Shown: positions 27,746-37,695 of the stretch, one piece after another | How the letters are laid out: each line of letters starts with the position of its first letter | Numbering within the stretch: the stretch's first letter is position 1 | Virus record (IMG/VR): IMGVR_UViG_3300020171_000003 | Location: 16,533 to 80,532 of that record | Length of the DNA stretch: 64,000 bases | Origin: a virus | Direction: 5' to 3' (one strand) | Translations under genes and position numbers: made by a program | Notes under the pieces: model-generated | What the model saw: the letters and a program-made list of their open reading frames with translations, nothing else | Told to the model about the DNA's origin: nothing | Databases searched by the model: none

Positions 27746-28693
27746 ATGATTAGAGGACAAAAATATTTAGTGACTACGGAAGAATATTTTGTAACCCCAA
27801 ACGGGAAACAATATAAAGCTGCTTTTGGTGAATATAAAGGTAAGGCGGCTTTCGGTGTTGATTTTACTTACATCGGAAATATTGCTTTAAAAACGGATAA
27901 AATTTATTCTGCGGTAAAGACGGATGAAGTTGATTTTGGAAATAAGCAAGATGAATGGAGTGAAAAAGGAGAAATGCGAGATACTTGGATTTATAATGCA
28001 GAATAATTAGTTTCCTCCGACTTGTAAAAGGGTAATGGTAAAAAGCCCAGGTGATAGTTCGGGAGTGCTAAAGCACAAGTCGGAGGATTTTTTAAAGGAA
28101 TATAAATGATTAAACTGTGCCCAAAATGTAGAGGAACACTCATATTAGAAGATCGTGTCCTTTTTTGCATAGATTGTTTGTATGTAGTTGATCGCTTTTT
28201 AAAAAGGGAAAAGCTTGACGATGATATCCGTTCGCTAAGGAGTAAAGGATTATCGTGGGCCTCAATAGGAAAACGAGTAAACAGAACAGCAATGGCAGTT
28301 AGACGACGGTTCATCATTGCTTTTGGTAAAGATCATGAGTTAATGCAGGATATTCAGAAAGTGAAGGATCAGAAAGAAACAACATTGCTTTCTTATCTAA
28401 TGAAAGAAGATGGGTTATCCTATTCTTTTATTTCAAAGGAACTTGGCATAAGTATAAATGCTTGTAAGCAGAAGGTCAGGAGAGAAAGGATGAAATTATA
28501 AATTATGGATTGGAAAACAAAAGAAACAGCAAAGGCAATTATAACGTCACTTAATGTAGGTGATAAATTAAAAGACCTCACAAATAAGCATTTAGCAGAC
28601 CTTCTTTTAAAACACATTTGGTCGAAATATGATGTTTTCAGCCATGAAAGTGATTTGTTAGAGGAAGTTATTGAAAGATTAAGGAAAGGATGA
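27746..28693 (+). CDS. Three small genes (27746-28006; 28106-28501 Zn-ribbon + double HTH; 28505-28693)
   Basis: CPKC/CIDC and GLSWASIGK/GLSYSFISKELGIS helices in the middle gene. Confidence 0.55.
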
Positions 28694-28697
28694 AAGA

Positions 28698-30575
28698 ATG
28701 TCGGTAAACGGTTTACGGAAGGCTGTTAAAGAAGTAGAAGAAATTACATATAGATCAGGCGGAGAGGGAATGATTGCTTGGTGTGATGATAAGGTTAGGT
28801 TACCTATTTACCCGACTGAATCAGAAATAGCAATTTGGTGGCCGTTAGGTGATTTACCCCAAGAGAAGAATCCTAAGACAGGAAGGAGTTATCAAGACCT
28901 CTGGGACTTTCATAAGATGGTTCTTAAAGAAGCTTTGCAGATGGATGATCATCATAGATTTCTTTATAGACTTATTGTTTTTTGTTGGATGCGTGGTGAA
29001 GGTAAATCAATTCTTGCGGTTCTTATTCAATTATGGAAATTCTTTAACTGGCCAAGACAATTAATAACTCTTGGTGCAAATAGTAAGGATCAGATCAAGT
29101 TTGTCCATTTTGAATGGATGAGAGATATTATTTTAAACTCACCAGAACTTTTAAACGATATTGGTGGGAAAATGAATATTAAGGAGAAATATATTCAGAT
29201 GAAAGATAGTAGAGGACGTATCCAGTCAACAATTCGTCCTATCTCAACTGCTACAGGTATTGTGTCAAACATTACTGGGTACACTTTCTCTGAAATCTTT
29301 GCTATGAAGAAACCAGACTTCTTCACCCAGTTAGATGGTTCCATTCGTAATATTCCAAATGCTTTAGGTGTTATTGATTCTACTGTTTCCTCAAAAAAGC
29401 ATGTTCTCTATCAGTTATATAGTAATGTTCTTTTAGGTAAAACAAAGAATGTTTATTTTTCTTATCGGTGTTCCCCTGCTGGTAATTATGAAGATTTTTC
29501 TCATCCACATATGGATCAAGATCAGTTAGATGATTATGAAATCAAGTTTCCTTTTGGTGAGTTTGATAAATACTTTAAGAATACTTGGTCAGCAGGTTCT
29601 CATAAAGTTTTTTCCCATACGATGGTTGAAGAAATGAGTATTATTTCAGCAAAAGGTTCTTTTTATGATCATGCTCAAATTAAAGAGTTATTGGATAAGA
29701 AAGAACATTTGATTGATATGCGGACGAGTGTTGAGCAGAAAACATTTAGTAATGAAAGAAGTTTAGAAGGCATTGCGAAACGATTAGGAGATATAATTGA
29801 TTGTTTTGAACCAGTTGATACTTTATACACCCTTTCAGATGGACAAGGAAGACCTAAAGCAGCTACTTTAGATGATTTAATGTTTTTAGGAGAAAGATTT
29901 GATACTGATTGGGTTATTCTTGCAGGAACAGACTTTGGAGATCCTTACTCAACTGCGAGTAATGCAAGAACCATTGGAGTAGTCCTTGCAAAAGGTTTAC
30001 CTGGTTCTAAATCTGATCCTTCTCTTTATTTGAGAACACCTACAGCACCTCAATATATTTATTTTTTATTAGTCCTTTCTGTTTCTTCTGAGCATTCTAT
30101 TAATACTATAAAGGAAAGTATGGAATATGCTCACAATGAGTTCTTAGGAATTGATTCTTTATGTAGTGAGCATTACGGAGCTTGGGATATAGGACAATGG
30201 TCTGAAGATAGAGAAATACCGTTTACTCCTATTCATCCTAATTATGAAAAACAAAAAGATTGTTTTAAAGCTTTGCTTGAATGCGGGAAAGAAGGACGAA
30301 TTAAATTTCCATCTAAGATAGGTATTCCTGGTTCTAAATCAAACAATATATTAATAGAAGAACTTGAAGAATTTGATCATGATGTAGATTTAAAATGGTT
30401 CGGAAGTACAGAAAAGAGTGAAAGATATGGTATTCAGGATGATGTTGTTTATGCAATAGGGTGGGGTTTATATGGCGGAAGAATGCTCGGGGTTGATGAT
30501 TTTAGAATACGAGTTCGTAAAAGAAGTTTCGGTGAAATGTCAGTTCCTTCAGGGTTGTTAGGTAGATATACCTAG
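28698..30575 (+). CDS. terL: Terminase large subunit
   Basis: RGEGKS Walker A, GANSKDQ, nuclease GTDFG and QDDVVYA; precedes portal. Confidence 0.88.
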   Translation: MSVNGLRKAVKEVEEITYRSGGEGMIAWCDDKVRLPIYPTESEIAIWWPLGDLPQEKNPKTGRSYQDLWDFHKMVLKEALQMDDHHRFLYRLIVFCWMRGEGKSILAVLIQLWKFFNWPRQLITLGANSKDQIKFVHFEWMRDIILNSPELLNDIGGKMNIKEKYIQMKDSRGRIQSTIRPISTATGIVSNITGYTFSEIFAMKKPDFFTQLDGSIRNIPNALGVIDSTVSSKKHVLYQLYSNVLLGKTKNVYFSYRCSPAGNYEDFSHPHMDQDQLDDYEIKFPFGEFDKYFKNTWSAGSHKVFSHTMVEEMSIISAKGSFYDHAQIKELLDKKEHLIDMRTSVEQKTFSNERSLEGIAKRLGDIIDCFEPVDTLYTLSDGQGRPKAATLDDLMFLGERFDTDWVILAGTDFGDPYSTASNARTIGVVLAKGLPGSKSDPSLYLRTPTAPQYIYFLLVLSVSSEHSINTIKESMEYAHNEFLGIDSLCSEHYGAWDIGQWSEDREIPFTPIHPNYEKQKDCFKALLECGKEGRIKFPSKIGIPGSKSNNILIEELEEFDHDVDLKWFGSTEKSERYGIQDDVVYAIGWGLYGGRMLGVDDFRIRVRKRSFGEMSVPSGLLGRYT

Positions 30576-30636
30576 TTTTTTACCTTTGAGTTTTTCTGTT
30601 GTAGTATCAGGTCACTTTAAATTTTAAAAGGATACT

Positions 30637-32271
30637 ATGGCTGAAAAACTTTTACCAGATGAAATCCAAACTTATTTAAGAGACATTCCGGAAGAAGTTC
30701 TGGAAAAAATATCCTTCGCTGTTCCTTGGCAATATTATTCAGATTCAAGACCTGCTACTGATGCTGATGGGTTTTCTCTTGCAACCACAAAAGAAGTTGA
30801 TGCCAATAGAGAAGCCCTTCAGAAAGAATGTTGGAATAAATTTCATGAGAATCCTCAAGTTAATACAGCTATTCGAGGATTACAAGGTCGTTTAACAGGT
30901 TTTGGTTTTGATATTTTTTCTGAGATTCCTGAAATTCAGGATGTTTTAGATGAAATTATTTATGATAAAAGAAATAGATTATACCATTTTTTACCTAAAT
31001 ATGTTGGAAGAACTTTTATTGAAGGAGAACTTTTCCTTAGTTTGACTTTACATAAAGACGGTTTTGTTGAAGTTGATTTTGTTGGTCCGGAAGTTATTGC
31101 AAATGGTGGGGATGATGGATCGGGGATAATCTATCACCCCACTAAACCTTCTTTTCCTCTTTATTTTAATGTTGGGACAGAAACAAATAAGTATGATCAA
31201 GTCCCAAGTGTTAATCTTGCCTTTTATCCAGAACTCCGTAATGTATCCGGTTTAAATGATTTTAGTCTTTCTTTTCAAAAAAGTAGTAAATCTGCTGTTC
31301 CTATATTTAAACAGTTCGGTGGATTTAGAAGATTTATTCTTTATTGGGACAGGGGATTTTTAACCAAGCGTTCTATTTCTTATTTAAGAACTGTTTTAGA
31401 ATGGTTGAATCATTATGAAAATTTGAAAAAATATGAAATAGATCATAAGAAGTCAGCTGGAGCTTATTTGTGGACATTCTCTATTGAAGATGCTCGTTCT
31501 TTTAAATTATGGATGAGTTTAACAGATGAGGAGAAAAAGAAGACAGGTATAATGGCTCCTAAAGTACCTGGTGGAAGTTTAGTACTACCTCCGGGGATGA
31601 AGTTAGAAGTTCATAATCCTAAATTAAATACTATTTCAAATCAAGATACAGATATTCTTGAAATGGTGGGGAGTGGATTGAATGAGCCTTCTGATATTAT
31701 GACAGGTTCAGCAAAAGGAACATTTGCTTCTGTAAAAGCTTCTAGAGGACCTATGTCAGATCGTGTTTCGGATGAAGTTGCTTTTTTTGATAGATTTTTG
31801 AAACATGATTTTTGGTCAGCTATTTTCTTTTTTAAAAGTCGATTAACATCCTTTCCTAAAACTTTTCCTGTTAGAAGAGCCGTTGGATGGAAAAAAGTAG
31901 GAGAAGAAAAAGAACCTATCTTTAAGGAGGTTCAAGTCCTTCCTGAATTTTTAATTGATATTGATTTTCCTATATCAGAAACTTTAGATTTAGAAGCAAG
32001 AGCAAAAGGTTTACTTGGAACAAAACATGGACCGTTAAATGCGAGTTTAGGTATTCCGAATAAAACTATTGCTAAGAAAATAGGTATTTCTGGTTATGGA
32101 ACTGCTCGTTTACGAAAAGCAGAGGAAGATGATAAGTATCCGCCTTTGCAAGTAGAAACGGATGCACTTGCGGCAGAATCCAGACAAGAAATTATAGAAG
32201 GTGAAAAACCCAAGTCAGGTGTTAATAAATTGAAAAAGAAAGGAGGTAATAGTGATAGTTCCGATAAATAA
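30637..32271 (+). CDS. Portal protein
   Basis: 544 aa after TerL; IEGELFL, LVLPPGMKL, GTFASVK motifs. Confidence 0.8.
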   Translation: MAEKLLPDEIQTYLRDIPEEVLEKISFAVPWQYYSDSRPATDADGFSLATTKEVDANREALQKECWNKFHENPQVNTAIRGLQGRLTGFGFDIFSEIPEIQDVLDEIIYDKRNRLYHFLPKYVGRTFIEGELFLSLTLHKDGFVEVDFVGPEVIANGGDDGSGIIYHPTKPSFPLYFNVGTETNKYDQVPSVNLAFYPELRNVSGLNDFSLSFQKSSKSAVPIFKQFGGFRRFILYWDRGFLTKRSISYLRTVLEWLNHYENLKKYEIDHKKSAGAYLWTFSIEDARSFKLWMSLTDEEKKKTGIMAPKVPGGSLVLPPGMKLEVHNPKLNTISNQDTDILEMVGSGLNEPSDIMTGSAKGTFASVKASRGPMSDRVSDEVAFFDRFLKHDFWSAIFFFKSRLTSFPKTFPVRRAVGWKKVGEEKEPIFKEVQVLPEFLIDIDFPISETLDLEARAKGLLGTKHGPLNASLGIPNKTIAKKIGISGYGTARLRKAEEDDKYPPLQVETDALAAESRQEIIEGEKPKSGVNKLKKKGGNSDSSDK

Positions 32272-33682
32272 AGCTCTTTCTTTAGAACGTGTTTCAAACA
32301 AATTGATGGACATGCTTCCTGAAAGTCTATCCTTGCTTGTAAACCGTTTTGTTAAAGAGTTTGCTGTTGCTGAAATTAAAGAAGATGTTGTTATTTTAAA
32401 CGGTCAATCTTTTAGTATCGGTTCAGATTCTAATTTTAAACCAAGATTAGAAGTTAGAGAATCAGTAGGAATTATTCCTGTTGAAGGTCCTATTTTTAAT
32501 AAATCAGCCGGATGGTTTGATCAGCGTTTTGGTTTTTCTTCTTATGAAGAAATGAAGATGGCTTTTATTGAAGCGAATACTGATCCTAATATTCAAGCAA
32601 TTGTTTTTCAAGCAAATAGTCCAGGTGGTGAAGCAGCCGGGATGGTTGATTTTGTTGATTATATTCATGAAAATAAAAGTAAGCCGGTTTATGCTATTAT
32701 TGATGATGCGGCTTATTCTGCCGCATATGGTGTTGTTTCTTCGGCAGATGAGATTTTTACAACAAGATCAGGAGGAGTTGGTTCTGTTGGTACTATAATT
32801 CAGCATGTTGATTTTTCAAAAGCTGATGAGAAAAATGGATATACTGTAACGGAGGTTTATGCAGGTGCAGAGAAAACATTATTTTCCCCGAATAAACCAT
32901 TGTCGGAGAAAGCTAAAGAACGACTTCAAGAGATGGTGGATTCACATTACCTTGATTTCGTTGGAGCAGTGGCTAAGGGTAGACGAATGGAAAGCGGAGA
33001 TGTTGTTAAAACACAGGCTAGAACATTTAAAGGGCAGGAAGGAGTAACCGCAGGATTTGCAGATAAAGTAATGTCTGTGGATGATGCGTTTTTATATATA
33101 AAATCTAAGTTAACAAAAAAGGAGGTGAAAACAACTATGGATCTTAAAGAAATGCAGGACAAACACCCGGAACTATACGCTCAGATTGTAGAAAGTTCTA
33201 AAGTTGCCGCAGAAGCCGAGAAACAAATTGCGGTAGATGCTGCGAAAAAAGAACTGGAAGATAAGATTACGTCTCTTGAAAAAGAGAATCTTATGAAAGA
33301 AGCGGCAGTTAAGGGAATGGATGTAAGGATGCAGACTTTAGAAAAAACTCAAATTGAAACTTTGTCGAAGTCAATCTGGAAAGAAGTTTTGAATGATAGC
33401 GAACTTCCGGATGATGATTTCAAATCAAAGGTTCAGGGTATTTCTAAAATTGATGCAAAGACTTTCATTATTGAAGGTGTATTTAATGAAAGTGGTTTTA
33501 AAGAAGCGGTAAAAGCAGAAGTTTCGGATTGGGAAGCCCATACAGGAAAATTTAAAGTATTGGGTATGGGAAAAACTGGTAGAAATGAATCAGAAGGAGA
33601 AGCAACGGATGAAGCATGGTTGAGTTCTATGTGGAATCTTTCTAATCCGCCTGATTATGAAAAAACAGCTTATAAAGTATAA
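32252..33682 (+). CDS. S49 prohead protease fused to scaffold
   Basis: NSPGGEAAG, AYSAAY, GSVG; coiled-coil C-terminus with an internal RBS+ATG near 33137. Confidence 0.88.
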   Translation: MIVPINKALSLERVSNKLMDMLPESLSLLVNRFVKEFAVAEIKEDVVILNGQSFSIGSDSNFKPRLEVRESVGIIPVEGPIFNKSAGWFDQRFGFSSYEEMKMAFIEANTDPNIQAIVFQANSPGGEAAGMVDFVDYIHENKSKPVYAIIDDAAYSAAYGVVSSADEIFTTRSGGVGSVGTIIQHVDFSKADEKNGYTVTEVYAGAEKTLFSPNKPLSEKAKERLQEMVDSHYLDFVGAVAKGRRMESGDVVKTQARTFKGQEGVTAGFADKVMSVDDAFLYIKSKLTKKEVKTTMDLKEMQDKHPELYAQIVESSKVAAEAEKQIAVDAAKKELEDKITSLEKENLMKEAAVKGMDVRMQTLEKTQIETLSKSIWKEVLNDSELPDDDFKSKVQGISKIDAKTFIIEGVFNESGFKEAVKAEVSDWEAHTGKFKVLGMGKTGRNESEGEATDEAWLSSMWNLSNPPDYEKTAYKV

Positions 33683-33701
33683 TGAAGGGAGGTGAAATAA
33701 T

Positions 33702-34370
33702 ATGAGTCGAGGAGATGCTCCGCATGTTTATCATAATGACCAGGTAGATTACCAGGCATTATTTTTCAGTAACCCTGAAGCTTGTCTTGAAATTCCTATG
33801 ACAATGCAAAGAGGTTATGGTCTTATTAAAGTAGGGACAGTTGTTGGTGTTAACACCAGTGCCAGTAGCACAAATAAAGGAAAGTACATTCCGTATGATC
33901 CTCATGCTACTATTACTGGAGCAGAAGACGCTCCGGGCAGAGCTTATATAGTGTCTAATCATACATCCGGTGCTTATACTGTTATTGTTACTATGGAGGA
34001 CAGTTATAAGTTTATTGTTGGTGATGATCTGTTGCTACAAGGTTCTGGAGAGGCTGTTGAGAATGTGGGTGCAATTACCACTATTGATAGAACAACTTAC
34101 GGTCATATTGCAACTATTACTTTCACAGTTGCTTCTGGTAAGAATTACACTACGGCAAATTTTGCTTATGCATGTGTAGAAGGTTCTGAAACTGCTGTAG
34201 GTGTTTTAAAAGCGGCAAGAGATACTGGAGTAGGTACTGATTCAGTCGGTGCTCTGGGCAATCTGGTTATTGGTAATGCTCTGTTTTATACTGGAGTATT
34301 GCTCAATATGGATTCTAATGCAAGAACGGATGTTAGTGCGTCCTTAATTAGTCAATACACTAAAATTTAA
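33702..34370 (+). CDS. Head decoration protein
   Basis: GYGLIKVGTVVG...GKYIPY...AVGVL pattern; between protease and capsid genes. Confidence 0.7.
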   Translation: MSRGDAPHVYHNDQVDYQALFFSNPEACLEIPMTMQRGYGLIKVGTVVGVNTSASSTNKGKYIPYDPHATITGAEDAPGRAYIVSNHTSGAYTVIVTMEDSYKFIVGDDLLLQGSGEAVENVGAITTIDRTTYGHIATITFTVASGKNYTTANFAYACVEGSETAVGVLKAARDTGVGTDSVGALGNLVIGNALFYTGVLLNMDSNARTDVSASLISQYTKI

Positions 34371-34388
34371 GAAGGGAGGTGATTTAGT

Positions 34389-35630
34389 ATGCCTAGAGGT
34401 GCAAGTGATATACCTGATCTAAGATTGTCGAGGATTAATAAACTTATCCAAAAGTTTATGACACCCCCTTCAATGCTTTTTTCTAATTTGTTTGGTACGG
34501 ATAATGCTGATTCTGATACGATTAAATGGGAAAGTCAAATAGGAAATAGAGGTGTTACTCCTATGAAGGCTCCTGGTTCTCCTTCACAAGTTACCGCTCC
34601 GGTTGGTGTTTCTCAGAATGAAGCGGTTGCTGCTTTTTGGGGAGAAAAAGAGTATCATGACGAGGAATTTTTGAATAACCTTAGAGAGGAAGGAACTGCT
34701 TCTACTTATCTTTCCGCCAAAAGACGTATTGCAAGAGAGTTTAGAAGTATGCGTAATAGGTGTGATAGGCGTCTTGAACTTTTGTTTGCTCAGATGCTTA
34801 TTAATGGTGAAATTACTTATAGCGATAAAGGCGGGGTAAAACTATCTATTGATTATGCAATTCCTTCTGAAAATCAAGTTACTTTGGGTGCTAATTACTA
34901 TTGGACAAACGGGACTCAACGGAATATTGTTGGGGATATTATGGATGCTAAAATCGTAGTGTCTGACTCTTGTACTGGTATTATTGATCACATGGTGATT
35001 AATAGCAATACGCTTAAAGTGATGGCAATGGATTCTTCTATTCAGACTTTGCTTTCTAAATCTAATTTTGGGAACGGTGATCTTTTCGGAAAATCAGCCG
35101 GAGGTATTATTGGAGTTCGTCCTAGGGTTCTTGGCGAATTGCTTGGTATTCCTAATATTGTTGTTTATGATGAGAAGTATGTTATTGAGCAGACTTTGAC
35201 AGCCGCGGTTGCTGCGGGTGGGACAACGGTTTATGTTGGTAATGCCGCTGATTTTACCACTGGTACTGCTGTTCTTCATGATATTTCTGCTGGTACTTCT
35301 GAATCAGTTACAGTTTCAGCGGTTAGTACAGAAGCAGGTACTCTTACTATTGGAGCAACCACTGCTGCGTTTAGGGCTGGAGAAGATAAGATTACGCAAA
35401 CCCTACCGTTTATGCCTAATAACAAAACTCTGTTGATGGCTTCTACAGTAGAAGGTTCTAAGATTGCGGAATTTATTCAAGCTCCCTACGGGTTAAATAG
35501 AGCATATGGTCTTTTTGCTGATACAAAAGAAAACTGGGATCCTGATGGAATCTGGCTGCGTGTGCAGAATAAAGGTCTTCCCGTCTTGTATCATCGGGAT
35601 GCTATTTATTCATTAACATTTGCAGCCTAA
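34389..35630 (+). CDS. Major capsid protein (lambda E-like) with inserted beta domain
   Basis: RRLELLFAQML.NG.I, IDYAIP, VVYDEKY, WDPDGIWLRV..KGLPVL. Confidence 0.85.
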   Translation: MPRGASDIPDLRLSRINKLIQKFMTPPSMLFSNLFGTDNADSDTIKWESQIGNRGVTPMKAPGSPSQVTAPVGVSQNEAVAAFWGEKEYHDEEFLNNLREEGTASTYLSAKRRIAREFRSMRNRCDRRLELLFAQMLINGEITYSDKGGVKLSIDYAIPSENQVTLGANYYWTNGTQRNIVGDIMDAKIVVSDSCTGIIDHMVINSNTLKVMAMDSSIQTLLSKSNFGNGDLFGKSAGGIIGVRPRVLGELLGIPNIVVYDEKYVIEQTLTAAVAAGGTTVYVGNAADFTTGTAVLHDISAGTSESVTVSAVSTEAGTLTIGATTAAFRAGEDKITQTLPFMPNNKTLLMASTVEGSKIAEFIQAPYGLNRAYGLFADTKENWDPDGIWLRVQNKGLPVLYHRDAIYSLTFAA

Positions 35631-35645
35631 AAAGGAGGTGGATAG

Positions 35646-36119
35646 ATGAATAGACCAAATCCTTCAGTGGCTTTTGTGGAAGATGTTTCTTTATACAATG
35701 AACCTCCCTTGATGGCTGTTGTCTCAGGGGAGCTTCTTGTATCGAGAATGAATCATGTTTTAGGAACCGCACATTTTCCTGGTAGGGTTAGAAATATTTG
35801 GTTGTCTGTTGGTAATTGTGGAACAGACAAAACAGATGCTTTGAATATAAGCGGGGAAGTTTATATTAATGGATCAAGTTGTTTGACAACTACTCCAAAA
35901 ATTGCAGGTGTATCAGGAGAAGCAGGAGCACAAAAAACTACTAAAGTTATCGGTGATACTGCTATTGTCCAAGCGGTTGTGAACGCTTCTGCTAATTCAT
36001 ACAATGCAGGTGATATTTTTACTTGTAATTTCAAAATTCAGAGAACTACTCCGGAAGACGAAATTGAATCAATTGTTCTTGTGGTTGATCTTTTTCCGAA
36101 CACACCGGTATCAGTTTAA
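35646..36119 (+). CDS. Probable minor virion protein (3 SGE motifs)
   Basis: Beta-rich; directly after the capsid gene; strong RBS. Confidence 0.55.
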   Translation: MNRPNPSVAFVEDVSLYNEPPLMAVVSGELLVSRMNHVLGTAHFPGRVRNIWLSVGNCGTDKTDALNISGEVYINGSSCLTTTPKIAGVSGEAGAQKTTKVIGDTAIVQAVVNASANSYNAGDIFTCNFKIQRTTPEDEIESIVLVVDLFPNTPVSV

Positions 36120-36132
36120 AAGGAGGGCAATC

Positions 36133-36603
36133 GTGATTATCGAAAAGCTTAAATTACATGGAACACTTAAATGCGGGGATACTGTTTTTCATCCAGGTGA
36201 ATACAGTATCCCTAATATTCCTAAAGAGCTTGTTTTAGAAGCCCGGATGGGAGCAAAAATTATAACGATTCTTGCTCCCATTATAGGGACAATTGATTTT
36301 ACAAAACAAGCAGAAGAACGAAAGAAAGAAGCGGATGATTTTAGTGCCTCTTGGAAAGCTATGGAACCAGATGCTTTTAAATCTTTTGTTTCTCAAGTAG
36401 AAAATAGAACAATTTTAGTAGCGCATGGACAGTATGATAAAGTCCTTGCAAAATGGTTTAGATACTTTCCTACTGATCCTTTTCCTGGAACAGAAAAGAA
36501 AGAAGAACCGTCTGCACCTGCCGCAGAAAGTGAGAAGGCAGGAAAAGCGAAAACAAAAATTGAGAAAAAACCTAAATCTAGATTAGTAAAGAGAAAGGTA
36601 TAA
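36133..36603 (+). CDS. Hypothetical head-region protein
   Basis: AGGAGG RBS before GTG 36133. Confidence 0.55.
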   Translation: MIIEKLKLHGTLKCGDTVFHPGEYSIPNIPKELVLEARMGAKIITILAPIIGTIDFTKQAEERKKEADDFSASWKAMEPDAFKSFVSQVENRTILVAHGQYDKVLAKWFRYFPTDPFPGTEKKEEPSAPAAESEKAGKAKTKIEKKPKSRLVKRKV

Positions 36604-36604
36604 A

Positions 36605-37054
36605 ATGGATGATTCTGCATTAAAAGTACTTTTATATTCAGAAATGAAAGGTTTATCGGATAGATTTATTGATTCTGATTATGATAATGCTATTGATGAT
36701 GCAGAGCGTGAAACTTGGAGTTTGCCTGTAACCACTAATTTTAGAATTTTTTGGTTAAAACGTCGAGCGAAACGCCATTTACTTTCATATCTTCAAAATG
36801 AGTATATTGATAAGATACAGCACGGGGAAACTAAATTTCAACAAAGATTTGACCATCTTGTTGCTGTTTTAAAAAGTGAGGATGATGCGTTTACCGCTGT
36901 TCAAGATGAAAGACCTGATGAGTTTGCTAATGTATCAGCTACTCATTTATTTGGTACATATATAAAAACAGGTTTTCAATATGATTCTGTGGGAAACGAT
37001 TTGACTTATGAAGAAAGCAACGAACCGGAGTTTTCTCCTTCTGATGAGGACTAA
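36605..37054 (+). CDS. Probable head-tail adaptor
   Basis: Helical 149 aa; position in gene order. Confidence 0.55.
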   Translation: MDDSALKVLLYSEMKGLSDRFIDSDYDNAIDDAERETWSLPVTTNFRIFWLKRRAKRHLLSYLQNEYIDKIQHGETKFQQRFDHLVAVLKSEDDAFTAVQDERPDEFANVSATHLFGTYIKTGFQYDSVGNDLTYEESNEPEFSPSDED

Positions 37055-37058
37055 TTAA

Positions 37059-37676
37059 TTGTCCATTGCTTTAGACATAAAAGGTATTTTAAATGAGACC
37101 GGATACTCTTTGTCTATTATTAGAGATAAAGAAATCTCCGGAGAAAAGGGTGAATTTAAATCCAATTCTCAGATTACAAAACCTTTTGTAAGACAGCATT
37201 TTTTAGAAGGTGTTTTACCTTATGATACAAAGATTATTCCTGGTGATGTTGTTAAAACAGTAGTAAATTCTGAATTTTTTCTTGCAATGAATGTTACGGA
37301 TGTAGTTTTAGAAAATACCTGTATAAAGAAAGAAACTGTTTTTTATAGATGCAATGTGAGCGGTGAAGTTTTGCGAGTTAGCGGGGAAGAAAGAAACTTG
37401 CAGACATACGCTTTACAGCCCATATATCAATCAATAAGCAATTTATGTTATGCTGTGATTGCAGATACAGACGCAGGTACAGATATTTTGCAAGAAGAAA
37501 GAATTGGACAGATAGAAACGAATAAATTGTTTTTATTTATTCCGCATTCTGTAGGAATACGTCCTTTAGATATTTATATTCCTTATTCAGGAGAGTATTA
37601 TAAAGTTGAGTCTGTTGAAAAGTTTCGTTTTCCGGCTGTAGATTATTGTATTTTATCTGAAAATACCATAGACTAA
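37059..37676 (+). CDS. Probable head-closure protein (4 SGE motifs)
   Basis: Two repeated beta-barrel-like halves (IIPGDVV, IRPLDIY...YYKVESVE); position. Confidence 0.55.
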   Translation: MSIALDIKGILNETGYSLSIIRDKEISGEKGEFKSNSQITKPFVRQHFLEGVLPYDTKIIPGDVVKTVVNSEFFLAMNVTDVVLENTCIKKETVFYRCNVSGEVLRVSGEERNLQTYALQPIYQSISNLCYAVIADTDAGTDILQEERIGQIETNKLFLFIPHSVGIRPLDIYIPYSGEYYKVESVEKFRFPAVDYCILSENTID

Positions 37677-37695
37677 ACTATTTAATCAACTGAGG

